Shown here in pieces: positions 35,945-45,874 of a stretch of 52,638 bases of DNA; the first letter of the stretch is position 1; every line of letters begins with the position of its first letter. Position numbers and translations under genes: made by a program. The DNA comes from a virus (taxonomy: Duplodnaviria > Caudoviricetes). The stretch spans positions 1 to 52,638 of the IMG/VR virus record IMGVR_UViG_3300044846_006394; one strand, written 5' to 3'. The notes under the pieces were generated by a model that saw only the letters and a program-made list of their open reading frames with translations, did no database searches and was not told the DNA's origin.

Positions 35945-36283
35945 ACGCAAGAGCGCCACCGCTACCGACCAACCGGGACTCCCCTTGCGGGGTCGATGAC
36001 AACCCGGCTCCCTGCGATTCCGAGAGGTTGGAGGTGAATGTCCCCCCGTTCATGGTTCGCCGCAGACCTACTGCTCGGCCCACCTGCCCTACCTGCCATC
36101 CAGCCCCTTTCGAGGCTCCCTGCGTTTTGCCCTCGGTCACGCGCAATGCCCAACCGCGCCGAGAAGCCGTCCGAACGCACGACGGTCCTGCAAGAGTGAC
36201 CGGCGCCCCCACCTGCGCCTGTCATGCCGAGGCCCACAGAGCCTTCGGCGCCCACTGGGAATCACCCAGCCCGCACTTGCCGA
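35945..36283 (-). ncRNA. Candidate structured non-coding RNA
   Basis: About 340-nt gap with GNRA-capped stems AGCCTC-GAAA-GGGGCT and CCCC-GCAA-GGGG. Confidence 0.35.
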
Positions 36284-36286
36284 CTA

Positions 36287-36892
36287 CTACTGCTTGACGC
36301 CCATGAAGCTGGAGAGCGCGGCGCTGGACACGGGCTTCGGGATACCGGCGGCGACGTTCGCAGCGACCGGCGCGGAGGCGACCGGCGCGGAGACCGACAG
36401 AGAGACCTTCTGCGTCGGGGCGGCGGTCGTCTGCGCCTTCACGCCACCGTTGACGAACGCCTCGCGGGTGATGAACCGCTGCTCCGAGTACTTCTTGCCC
36501 GCCTCCTCGTCCTTCGGCTGGAAGAAGATGTAGCCGCTCTTGCCGTCGAGGTACTCGGCGGTGTTGACGCCGTCGAAGACGCGACCGTCGCTCAACTGCG
36601 AGAGGATGGACTCGTCGGTGCCGACCGACTTGAGGGCCGTGAGCCAGCCGTTGCGGACGCCCTGGGTGCTGAAGTCCGTGCCGAGGAACACGCGGCACTC
36701 GGCGCCCTCGTAGTCGCCGGTGAACGCGAGCTGGACGAGGACCGACGCCTTGCCCTCGCCGCTGGTGTGGGCCTTGGTCTCGATGACGCGGACCTCGTAG
36801 TTGCCCTTCGGGGGCTGGACGCTGCCGCCCGAGCCGGGGGCGCCCTGCTCCTTGGCACCGGCGAGCGTGAAGTTGCTGAGAATGACCGACAT
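36287..36892 (-). CDS. Single-stranded DNA-binding protein (DUF669-like)
   Basis: PPKGNYEVRVIE..., flexible C-tail, downstream of the Sak4-like ATPase. Confidence 0.6.
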   Translation of the reverse strand: MSVILSNFTLAGAKEQGAPGSGGSVQPPKGNYEVRVIETKAHTSGEGKASVLVQLAFTGDYEGAECRVFLGTDFSTQGVRNGWLTALKSVGTDESILSQLSDGRVFDGVNTAEYLDGKSGYIFFQPKDEEAGKKYSEQRFITREAFVNGGVKAQTTAAPTQKVSLSVSAPVASAPVAANVAAGIPKPVSSAALSSFMGVKQ

Positions 36893-37038
36893 GAGTGACT
36901 CCGGTGCCTCGGTGGTGGCGCGGACCCGTGCGTGTCCGAGGCGCTTCCCGTTGTTGTCAGGCCGGTGCGGTAACCGGCGGTCCCTCGGGCGGGTCCAAGG
37001 TGATGCCCGAGGTGTCGTGCGTGGTCGCGAAATGCGGC

Positions 37039-37932
37039 CTAGAGGTAGAGGGCGAAGACGTTCTGCTTGGCGCGGGTGAGCGCGGCGCGGTCGAGCGCGT
37101 CACGCATGACCCAGCGGACATGGAGCGGGTTGTCGCTGTGCGAGGCGCTCATGCTCTGCGCCTCCGCGAGGTAGGCCGGTGTGTTCGTCGGGTCCGCGAC
37201 GAGAGCGTTCGCGAGAGCGGCGACGATCTCTTCCTGCCATTCAAGGCCGGGAGCGCGGGCGATGTTGTAGCCCGCCATGCGGAGGATCTCCCCGAGGTTC
37301 ATCGGCGCCTTGTCGGGCGTGACGCCGTGCCTGTCCTTGGTGACCCAGTTGGGGTCGTCCACGGTGCAGCGGTAGGAGGCGTGCCAGCCCCTGCGCGTCG
37401 AGTCGTGTGCGGCCCGAAGAACGATGTCGCACGCGGTCGGCAGATCTTCCGGCAGCTTGCCGGGGAGCTTCGGCCCGCCTCGGACGAACGAGCCGTTGAC
37501 CGTGCGCGGGGTCGATTCGTGGGCGACGAGGACAACGTGCATTCCGACGCGGCGGGCCGTGTCGCGGAACTCCAAGACGGCGTCCCGCACCGCGCCCCAC
37601 AGCTTGAAGCCGGTGAGCCGCTTCACGTTCTCGAAGTGGGCAAGCGTGGACTCGGCAAGAAGGCTGAAGTCGTCAACGATGACGGCATCGAACTTGCCCG
37701 CCTTCGCGATGTCCTTGAGGCGCTTGGTTGCGTCCTCGATGGTCGCGGCCTCGGCGCTCGCCGGAACGAATCCAACGACATGGTGAGCAGGCTTCAGCGC
37801 ACCCGGAGGGGCAAGGAACAGGCCATTCGGGAATCCGTAGAGAAGGTCGGTGGTCTTGCCGATGCCCGAGGGTCCGTAGACGACGCTGACGCTCTTGTCG
37901 CCGCCGTATGGGGCCGGTGCGGTGGGGTTCAT
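37039..37932 (-). CDS. AAA_24 / Sak4-like ATPase (annealing recombinase)
   Basis: VYGPSGIGKT, IVDDFS, VAHE, KDR. Confidence 0.8.
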   Translation of the reverse strand: MNPTAPAPYGGDKSVSVVYGPSGIGKTTDLLYGFPNGLFLAPPGALKPAHHVVGFVPASAEAATIEDATKRLKDIAKAGKFDAVIVDDFSLLAESTLAHFENVKRLTGFKLWGAVRDAVLEFRDTARRVGMHVVLVAHESTPRTVNGSFVRGGPKLPGKLPEDLPTACDIVLRAAHDSTRRGWHASYRCTVDDPNWVTKDRHGVTPDKAPMNLGEILRMAGYNIARAPGLEWQEEIVAALANALVADPTNTPAYLAEAQSMSASHSDNPLHVRWVMRDALDRAALTRAKQNVFALYL

Positions 37933-37967
37933 GTGCAGTCCCTTGGTGGAGGGTGGAGCGGGGCGTT

Positions 37968-38363
37968 CTACAGTTTCGAGCGGAGGTCGGCAAGCTGTCC
38001 GAACAGGCGGTCGGCCTCCGCCTGTGCCGCCTTGCGGCCTTCCTCGGCGCAGCGAAGCTCGTCCTTCAGCGTTTCGACGTCGTCCTTGAGGTCGTCGCGC
38101 TCGTCGGTGAGCGCCTCGATCTTGACCTCAAGGGCGCGAAGCTCTGCGGCATGGTCGCCGGTGTCCCGCAGGATGTCGGGCAGTCGGGCGATGGCCCCTC
38201 CGACCGACTCGCTGCGAGGCGAGGTGATGACGCAGACGGCCCGCTCGCCCGCCATGACGACGGTGGTCGGCTCGGCGGTGTCGAGGCCGAAGGCCCGAAC
38301 GTGCCACGGGCCGTGCGGCAGGGCCTCGCGCTCCGCACTCAGGATGCGGGCGGCAGCGCCCAC
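37968..38363 (-). CDS. Coiled-coil hypothetical protein
   Basis: Packed ORF. Confidence 0.55.
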   Translation of the reverse strand: MGAAARILSAEREALPHGPWHVRAFGLDTAEPTTVVMAGERAVCVITSPRSESVGGAIARLPDILRDTGDHAAELRALEVKIEALTDERDDLKDDVETLKDELRCAEEGRKAAQAEADRLFGQLADLRSKL

Positions 38364-38365
38364 AA

Positions 38366-38824
38366 CTAGCCCCGCGCCAGCGAGAGGAGGTTGACGGCAT
38401 CGGCAGAGGCAAGCTTCCCCGTCGCGACGAGGTCGAGGACGGCGGACAGCAGCCCGTCATGCGCCTTGCCGATGGAACCGACCGTGTCCACCGCCCGCTG
38501 CACCTTGACCGCAGCGCGAGGGGTCGAGGTCGGCATCGTGCGGACCTTGGGCGCACGGGGCGCGGCCACGGTGACCTGCATCGAGGCGAACGGCTCGGGC
38601 AGCGGGTGGTTCAACGTCGTCGCCAACTGCTGAAGCTTCGCGACCGTGTTGCCCGACAGGGTCTGCGCGTTGAACATCTTGCCGGTCTCGATGACCGACA
38701 GGAACGACTGCGACAGGCCGTGCTTGCGCTGGATGTCGGACTGCGAGAGGTTCGCGTCCACGCGGACATCGTTGACTCTCTTGGCCCATGCGACGAGTTC
38801 TGTGGTGACCTGATGGTGGCTCAT
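38366..38824 (-). CDS. XRE-family HTH regulator
   Basis: R...NLSQSDI....GLSQSFLSVIETGK; AGGAGAACCC RBS. Confidence 0.8.
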   Translation of the reverse strand: MSHHQVTTELVAWAKRVNDVRVDANLSQSDIQRKHGLSQSFLSVIETGKMFNAQTLSGNTVAKLQQLATTLNHPLPEPFASMQVTVAAPRAPKVRTMPTSTPRAAVKVQRAVDTVGSIGKAHDGLLSAVLDLVATGKLASADAVNLLSLARG

Positions 38825-38879
38825 TTGCGGGTTCTCCTGCGACCGGCTGGGAAGGTGGGTGGTGCCGGTGTGGGGCGCT

Positions 38880-38914
38880 ATGTACAGCCGCCCCCGTGCG
38901 CTGTCAAGTGTCAA
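38880..38914 (-). promoter_or_regulatory. Promoter of the XRE gene with tandem TTGACA
   Basis: TTGACACTTGACA-N17-TACATA on the minus strand. Confidence 0.6.
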
Positions 38915-38918
38915 TCGA

Positions 38919-41900
38919 CTACTGCTCGCAAGACTCAGCAGACTCTAGGCTTTTCATAGCTTCGCGGAAGTTCTTCGCGGCGTCGAACAGGCTCTCCAGT
39001 GCGGTCTCGGACGCCTCGGCCTCGGTCGCGTCGGTGAACGCCGTAGCAGCGCGGACGACGACATCCGCGAGAGAAAGCTTGTGATGCGCGACGGCGTAGG
39101 CCAGCGACAGGCGCAGGAGGTCACGCGCTACGCTGACGCTGTCGTCGAACTCCTCGGGATTCGGCAGGTCGGTGCAGAGCGGCTTCATCGGGCCTTCTCC
39201 TTGTCGGCGCACTTTGCGTGAGCCGCACTGAACGAGTCCATGACATCGTTCATTTCACTCAGCTTGATGGGCAGTTTCATGTTCTGCGTAGTCGTGCAGA
39301 CTTGGCAGCGCACAGTGGGCGGCTTCACCGAGAAATCGACAACGACATGGTCGGTCATCGCTGCTCTCCCCGGAGGAACGCTTCGGCGGCCTCACGGGCG
39401 GCACCGGCGGTCGAGGCCGTTCCGACTTCGTACTGGCCCCCGTCGCGCTGCGCCTGCCAGCGCCACGACGGCTCCATCGCTTTGCGCCTCACGCAGGCCC
39501 ACGGCCCCTCGTCGATCTCCGCGTAGATGTTGCCGAGGTGCCATTCGGCGGCGCTCCACAGTTCGCTCATCGGAAGTCGCCCTTGAGAACGTCGGCCACG
39601 ACCTGCATGGCCTCGGCGGTCCCCTCGGGCGACTCGACGACGTTCATCGCGTAGCTCGACTTGACCTCCTGGCCCAGCTTGGCGATTTCCGCGAGCGCCG
39701 CCTGCATCTTCGGGCTGTAGCGGCACTTCGGCTTCGCCAGCGTCTTCGCGGCCAGCTTCGTCGCCTTCTCGCGGCACTTCGTCGCGAGCTTGGTCCAGTG
39801 GACGGCGAGCTTGTCGAGCCGCTCGGCCCGCTTGATGAGCTTCTTCGCCTCTTTTGCAGGGTCGAGCTTCGCGCTCTTCTTCGCACCGGCCTTGCCCCAG
39901 TTGAGTCGGACCTTCGCCTTCGTCTTCGTCTTGGCCTTCGCGGCCACCTTCTTCTTCGCTGCCATGTACTGCCCCTTGCGGCCCCTTCGGGCCTATTTCG
40001 TCCCACCGTGGGACAAGTCGATGAACCAGTTGAGGTGATCTGCGATGCACGCCGTGGCGCGCTTCTGAGAGGCGCGGGTGCTGTCGCTGGCGATGGTGAC
40101 CTCGAAGACGATGCCGTCGCCCTCGTCGATGAGGCGCCCTGTGACGAGGCCGTAGGAGTCGCTGCTGAGTTCGATGGCGAGGCGGGTCACAGGTCGCCCA
40201 TGTGCGCGGCAACGACGCCGAGCGAGAAGCCCAGGACGATGCCCAGGAGGAGCCAGCCCATCACGGCTGGTCCTTCTGCACCTTCTCGACGGTCGCCTGT
40301 GCCACATCGAGATGGTTCCACACGACCGTCAGCGCCCCTTGGAGGCGTCGAACTTCTGCGATGAGGCGCAGCGCCGTCTGCGGGGACACCGAGTGCCAGC
40401 GGGGAAGTCCCTCCTCGATGTCGGCCAGTTCTTTCTCAGTGATCATCGAGGCCCCGCGTTCTCAGGCGTGCCGTGGCAGAGCCAGCAGTCGCGGCTCGCG
40501 CACTTCATGTAGTCCGAGGCGCTCGCGTGCAGCGTGCGGACCTTCTCATCCGGCTCCGAGAGTTTCTCCTTGAGCGCGGCGACCTCGGCCTCCAGCGCGG
40601 CGATGCGTTCGTCGCGCTCGCGGATGGGGTTTCTCATGGCGTGTGTGAACTCACCCATCGGTCGGTTCCTTCGGAGGCGGCAGCTTCTTGCCGCGCTTCT
40701 TCGCGGCCTCCATGCACTTGCCGCAGTAGCCCCGCTCGCGGGACAGGATGTTGAGGTTGTCGCCATCGCACGCAAGCTGGAGCGTACACATCGGCGCTTT
40801 GAGGTATGCGTTGCTCACGGACTGCACCATCGGCTTCGGGCGCGTCATCACTCCCCTCCCTCCACGTTGAGCGCGGCGACCTCCTGCCCCGTCAGGACGC
40901 GGGGCCGGTAGCCGGGGCGCACCTCGACGATGCTCCCGTCCTTGCGCTTCACGAGTTGCCCACGCTGGCGGTTGGTGCTGACCGCCGCCGTCATCCCCGA
41001 TGGCCGAGTCCCTGCGCCCTTGTACCGCTTCAGCCCTTGTTTCGACGACATCGCTGGTCCCCTTCTAGGCGTTGACGCCCTGTTCGTAGACTTCCCTCTC
41101 GCAGCGGTAGAGCGCCGCTGACAGCGTCTGCTCGCTGCCCTGGCCGATGACCGCCCCATCGTCGTCCTCGACCCTCCACGCCCACGCCTTGCCCTCGTCC
41201 TGCACCGTGGCGACCGCGTCCCTGCCCACGGCTGCGGTCAACAGACCGGCGTCCTCGCCTCGCCAGTTCAGCTTCTCGGGCGGGTCTTTCAGCGCCGCGT
41301 CGGACAGTCGGCACAGGCGGCATGGGACGTTCGACGGGCCGTCCTCGCTCGACTGCTCCTCGCAGAACTCGCCCGCCGCAGGGATGCACCCAGCGGTGTC
41401 GCGGTACTGGCGCAGGAGATAGAGCAGCCACAGGCTCAACGCAGCGCCCCTGCAAGGCTGACGGCGAGGTGCATCTCGTCACGCGACACGCCATCGAGGA
41501 TGGCCTCCGCGATGCGTGAGAAGGGCTGCGGCTGCTCCCCGAGGCGGCGGCGCAGGGCCTCGTTGTCGCGCAGGGCGTCACGCAGGGCGCGACGAAGCTG
41601 GTCCGGGGTCATGCTGTCGATGTCCATTGTCAGATTCCGTTCTGTGGGCGCCCGCGCCGCTTCTTTCCAAGCAGTGCGAGCGCAGCGTCCTCGGCCCGCT
41701 TCTCGCGCACGGCGAGAGGCACCTTGAGCTTGCCCAGCACTTCGGCGGCGGCGGCTTGGGTCAGTTCCATGCAGTCGGTGATGAACAGGTGGAGCGGCAG
41801 ACGCAGGTGCTTCTTCTCGATGCGACTCATCGTCCAATCGTGAGCGCCGTTCCAAGTCGTGAGCTTCTCGACCCACCACCATGCACCAGCGTCACCCTTC

Positions 41901-41977
41901 GCGGGGCGCATGGCTTGCCACTCCCGCTGAATGAGCGCGAGCGCGTCTGCGTAGAACTGCTGTTGCGATGGGGTCAT
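38919..41977 (-). other. Array of small accessory genes: 38919-39188, 39185-39358, 39355-39570, 39993-40190, 40187-40261, 40261-40446, 40443-40658, 40651-40851, 40848-41051, 41065-41439, 41436-41627, 41630-41977
   Basis: Chain of overlapping start/stop codons; several CxxC pairs. Confidence 0.6.
39567..39965 (-). CDS. Lys/Ala-rich histone-like protein
   Basis: MAAKKKVAAKAKTKTKAK... Confidence 0.6.
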   Translation of the reverse strand: MAAKKKVAAKAKTKTKAKVRLNWGKAGAKKSAKLDPAKEAKKLIKRAERLDKLAVHWTKLATKCREKATKLAAKTLAKPKCRYSPKMQAALAEIAKLGQEVKSSYAMNVVESPEGTAEAMQVVADVLKGDFR

Positions 41978-42009
41978 GGTGGTGGGGTCCGAACGCAGGG
42001 GGGACCGTA

Positions 42010-42840
42010 CTACGGCTTGCCCCAGCGGCACAGGTCGAATCCGTCGCACGCTCCGTAGGCGCTGATGCAGACCTGCTCGGACAGCGTCTTCGGCCACTCC
42101 CACGGGTCGAGGCCCGAGGCGTCAAGAGCCTCGATGCGCTCGCGTGCGTGCAGGACGGTCAGCGTGAACCCCCGCTGCGCCTGCGGCGCCGGTTCCGCCG
42201 CGATGCGCTCGAAGACGCAGCGGTCCCCGTACTTCGCCGGAAGCTGGATGACGTTTGCCATCACACCGCCGAACTCGTCGCCGTAGACCTCGCGACCGAA
42301 CATCTCCATGCCGATGAACTGGCCCGACAGGGTGTACCGCTTGCCGATGGCGGCGATGCGGCCCGTGGATTTGTGGTCGATGATGTAGACCTTGCCGCTA
42401 GACCCCCTCGCCACCAGGTCGAGGCGCTGCGTGAACTTGCGGCCTCCGATGTTCGCGCTGAAGACCTCTTCGACATGAAGCACCGTCAGCGTGTCGGTCG
42501 CGTACTGCGCGGCGTACTCGCGCACGACCTGCTTCGCGAGGTCAACGAACTGGAGCGCGCCGGTGCCAAGCTCCTCGGCGCAGGTGTCGATGGCCCTCTC
42601 GGGCGTGGCCCACTCCTCGGGGTCTCGACCGGCTTGCGCCGACTGCAAGCGGGCGTAGTAGTGCGCGAGGCCCTGATGAATGAGCGACCCCTTGAGCAGC
42701 GGAGCGCGGTCACCGAACGATATGCCGGGGATGCGGTGGTGGTAGGCGAACAACTGCGGGCAGCGCAGCGCGGACTCGGTCGCGTGCCAGCCCCACTCGC
42801 CCGACGAGCCAGCGTTGAGGTACTTCGGTTCGATGGTCAT
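42010..42840 (-). CDS. PD-(D/E)XK (RecB/Cas4-like) nuclease
   Basis: CP...GSLIH, VEE, RLDLV, IIDHKS, C-terminal Cys cluster. Confidence 0.85.
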   Translation of the reverse strand: MTIEPKYLNAGSSGEWGWHATESALRCPQLFAYHHRIPGISFGDRAPLLKGSLIHQGLAHYYARLQSAQAGRDPEEWATPERAIDTCAEELGTGALQFVDLAKQVVREYAAQYATDTLTVLHVEEVFSANIGGRKFTQRLDLVARGSSGKVYIIDHKSTGRIAAIGKRYTLSGQFIGMEMFGREVYGDEFGGVMANVIQLPAKYGDRCVFERIAAEPAPQAQRGFTLTVLHARERIEALDASGLDPWEWPKTLSEQVCISAYGACDGFDLCRWGKP

Positions 42841-42841
42841 G

Positions 42842-43156
42842 TCAGACTCCAGCCTCTGCGAGGCCAAGGACGGCAAGCTCGGTGAGATCACGGCGGACAT
42901 CGAGGAGGGTCTTCTCCAGCGCGGTCTCCTTCACCTTGCGCGACTCCAGTGCGCGGAACACGGCATCGACAGGGTCGGTGCCGATGCACAGGCCCTCGCG
43001 GGCGACCTCGTCGAGCGGAGTCATCAGCCCGAAGGCGTGCGGCGCGTCTTGCGGAATGCCGTAGAGGTCGGGGCCGTCGAGAGTCGCCTCGACGCTGACG
43101 ACGCTCGGGCGGTTGTCGGTCCATTCGACCGCGTAGAGCTTCACCTTCTCGCTCAC
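42842..43156 (-). CDS. Hypothetical protein
   Basis: Coupled ORF. Confidence 0.55.
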   Translation of the reverse strand: MSEKVKLYAVEWTDNRPSVVSVEATLDGPDLYGIPQDAPHAFGLMTPLDEVAREGLCIGTDPVDAVFRALESRKVKETALEKTLLDVRRDLTELAVLGLAEAGV

Positions 43157-44013
43157 AACTTCACCTCCCCGACCGGCACGCCGAAGAAGCGCAGCATCTT
43201 TGCGAACTCGGCGTTGGCGGGCGTGAGATAGCTCGTCTTGAGGATGGTGAGCTTCTGCCCGTGGATGGCGGCGTACACCGCCCGCAAGGTCGCGTAGAGG
43301 ACGGGCATCCGCTTGGCGCCGGGACCGCCCATGACCTCGGTTCCCTCCAGCACTCGGCGCAGGGCGTAAGCGGGGTCGTCGGCGGTGAGGCCGACGCCCG
43401 ACTCCAGCCTCGCGGTAAACTTCTCGGTCTCTTCGGGCGAGACATGGTGCGCGACGATGAGGGCGCCCATCACCAACCCCGTATGCACACGGCGGGAGAT
43501 AGCGCCCGCGCTGCCTGCGGCCTTCGGGTACACATCCATTGACCAGCGAATGTCGGCCCCGTACTTCGCCGTCACGGCGTCGAGGTGCGAAAGCGTGAAG
43601 CTGTAGCGGCCCGAGCCGTTCTCAAAGACGGCCTGCACCGCCTTGGCCCGAGCGGTGAAACGGCGCGGGTCAGAATCAAGCGACACACGGCCTGTGAGTG
43701 TGGCGAGGTCGGAGAGCTTGCGGCGGGTGCCGGTGTCGATGGCCTCCAGGGCGACGGGGTCGGCGTCGAAGGTGACGATCATCGGAACGGTGGCGTTCGC
43801 CTGCACAACGGCACGCAGCCGGTGCTGGCCGTCGATGAGCCTACCCCGCGTGTCGAAGACCAGCCCGTGCGGCAGGCACAACCAGCGACCGGCGATGATG
43901 TCCGCAGAGAGCCGGTCGATGTGGCCGTGGTTCAGCGGGCGGTTCGTATTGATGTTCTTCTTGAGGTACTCGACGGCGAGCGCGGGCGTGACGTTCTTCT
44001 TCTCGAATCGCAT
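43153..44013 (-). CDS. ParB/Srx-like DGQHR-domain protein
   Basis: NRPL, G.LIDGQHRL.A. Confidence 0.7.
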   Translation of the reverse strand: MRFEKKNVTPALAVEYLKKNINTNRPLNHGHIDRLSADIIAGRWLCLPHGLVFDTRGRLIDGQHRLRAVVQANATVPMIVTFDADPVALEAIDTGTRRKLSDLATLTGRVSLDSDPRRFTARAKAVQAVFENGSGRYSFTLSHLDAVTAKYGADIRWSMDVYPKAAGSAGAISRRVHTGLVMGALIVAHHVSPEETEKFTARLESGVGLTADDPAYALRRVLEGTEVMGGPGAKRMPVLYATLRAVYAAIHGQKLTILKTSYLTPANAEFAKMLRFFGVPVGEVKL

Positions 44014-44064
44014 GACGGGTTCCCTTCGGCGCCTCTTCGGCGCCATGTGCGCTGGTGGGCGCGG

Positions 44065-45717
44065 TTACAGGCCGAGCTTCGACAGCAGACCGGCGACGAT
44101 GGCCTCTTCGTCGTCACCGCCTCGCAACTGGCGCGAGAAACCTTCCAGCGAGTCGTCCTTCGATACGTCCTCAACCGCTGGGAGCTTGTCGAGGAGCAGA
44201 CCGGCAACGTGTTCGTCCACGCTCTGCTCCGCGATGAGGTACTGGATGAGGACCGGCCTCTTCTGCCCCTGACGGCTGAAGCGGCCTTCCCACTGGATCA
44301 CCTGCCCCGGCGTGTAGGGCAGGAACGCGATGAACGCGGTGTCAGTGTCGTGGAGCGAAACGCCCTCGCCCCAAGCGTCACCTGTGCCGACGAGGACCGC
44401 AGGGCCACCTGTCGCCATGTACTGCTGCTGCATATCGTCGCGCACGCTCGGGGCCGTGCCGCCGTGGCCGACGAAGATGCGGGCGCCGGTGGCGAGCTTC
44501 TCGATGTCCTGCCCGAGCTTCTCGCAGTCCTCGCGGCGACCCGTGAATATGACGACCTTCTGCTTGCCCTCGATGCATTCCGCGACGAGTTCCAGCAGCA
44601 CCTTGCGCTTCTTCGCAGCGGCCTCCATCAGCCTCGCCTCAAGGATGGCGCCAGGTCCGTTCTTCGCGACCTTCTTCATGGCCGTGGCCGTGAAGCCCTC
44701 GGCGCGGCATTGCTCGTCGAGCGTGACGTAGGTGATGAGGCGACGACGCGGCGGCAGGTGCCGGTGGGTCACGCTGTGCGGGACTTGGTTCACGACGAGG
44801 CTCACGCGGTCGTAAAGCTCGTTCAGGTTGCTCGACCCCCGCGAGTCGATGCCACCGTAGCTGCCTTCATGCGCCGCGCAGTAGCGGGCCGCGAACGAGG
44901 CGCGGTCCTTCCTGTAGAACGGCCCCCACGCATCAGGATGAACGAGGTCCAACTGCGCCCACAGGTCTCGGGTGCGGTCTTTGATGGGCGTGGCCGTCGT
45001 CGCGAGGCGGCGGGAACAGGCGCGGGAGAGCCGGAAGGCGGCTTGCGCGATGTTCTCCAGCGGGTCGAACTTCAGCTTGCCGTTCTCCTGCGGCGTGGCC
45101 CCGAACCGCTTCCATGACTTCGCCTTGTGGGCCTCGTCGAAGATGACGTTCTTCGGTCGCCACGCAAGCAGATGCTCGACGGCATCAGGCAACGCCTCCC
45201 AGCCCACGATGACGAACAGCGCCTCGCTGTCCGCGAGCTTCGCGAGGTCTTCCTTCTCCTCGATGACGAGGGCGCGGTGTGTCGTGAGGCGCTCGATCTC
45301 GCGGGCGTGCGACCGGCGGACACCGGCCCGCGTGACGAGGACGGTGGCCCCGAGGCCCGCCAGCGCCCAGCAGATGGCACCGGCGGTCTTGCCCGCTCCT
45401 GCGGCCCACCACAGGTGCGCGTCACGGTGCGCGGTCGCGAGGATGCCGTCGCGCTGATACGGCGTGAGGAACGCCGGAACCCACTCGCGCAAGCCCGAGG
45501 CGACAAGGTCTTCGACGCTGGTCAGCGGGAGGCGGTCTTCCTTCGTTGTCATGGCGCGAGTCGGAATGCCCCGAGCGGTGCAGACGCGCTCGACGAGCCA
45601 CGCGGCGTTCTCATGCACGGTCACGAGGCCGTCGCGCACGGTGACGCCGGGGAGAGCGTTGAGGGCGGCGAGCGCGTCAGCGGTGACGCGGTCAAGCGTG
45701 AAGCGGTACCAAGCCAA
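44065..45717 (-). CDS. SNF2-family helicase
   Basis: LTPYQ, GAGKT, DEAH, TATP, GEGVSL, QWEGRFSRQGQ. Confidence 0.9.
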   Translation of the reverse strand: MAWYRFTLDRVTADALAALNALPGVTVRDGLVTVHENAAWLVERVCTARGIPTRAMTTKEDRLPLTSVEDLVASGLREWVPAFLTPYQRDGILATAHRDAHLWWAAGAGKTAGAICWALAGLGATVLVTRAGVRRSHAREIERLTTHRALVIEEKEDLAKLADSEALFVIVGWEALPDAVEHLLAWRPKNVIFDEAHKAKSWKRFGATPQENGKLKFDPLENIAQAAFRLSRACSRRLATTATPIKDRTRDLWAQLDLVHPDAWGPFYRKDRASFAARYCAAHEGSYGGIDSRGSSNLNELYDRVSLVVNQVPHSVTHRHLPPRRRLITYVTLDEQCRAEGFTATAMKKVAKNGPGAILEARLMEAAAKKRKVLLELVAECIEGKQKVVIFTGRREDCEKLGQDIEKLATGARIFVGHGGTAPSVRDDMQQQYMATGGPAVLVGTGDAWGEGVSLHDTDTAFIAFLPYTPGQVIQWEGRFSRQGQKRPVLIQYLIAEQSVDEHVAGLLLDKLPAVEDVSKDDSLEGFSRQLRGGDDEEAIVAGLLSKLGL

Positions 45718-45777
45718 GGTGGACCCCTGTGGTGGCAGGAGAGAGGTGCAGGGTTGAACGCGAATCCAGCACGGCGC

Positions 45778-45829
45778 ACGCTAGAACCAGCGGTTGACAC
45801 TTGTCAAGCCCCAGCGCGTGGCATAGTCT
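45778..45829. promoter_or_regulatory. Divergent promoters sharing the operator TTGACActTGTCAA
   Basis: Minus: TTGACA-N18-TAGCGT; plus: TTGTCA-N17-TAGTCT. Confidence 0.6.
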
Positions 45830-45874
45830 GCGGGCGCCGCGCTCCTGCGGCCCCTCCACCAAGGGAACCCTCCC

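Noticed and set aside
36893-37038. Structured leader upstream of the SSB-like gene
   Set aside because: Several GC stems, but no more than expected at this GC content and no distinctive motif
42010-42840. Cas4 of a CRISPR system
   Set aside because: Solo PD-(D/E)XK nuclease in a replication context
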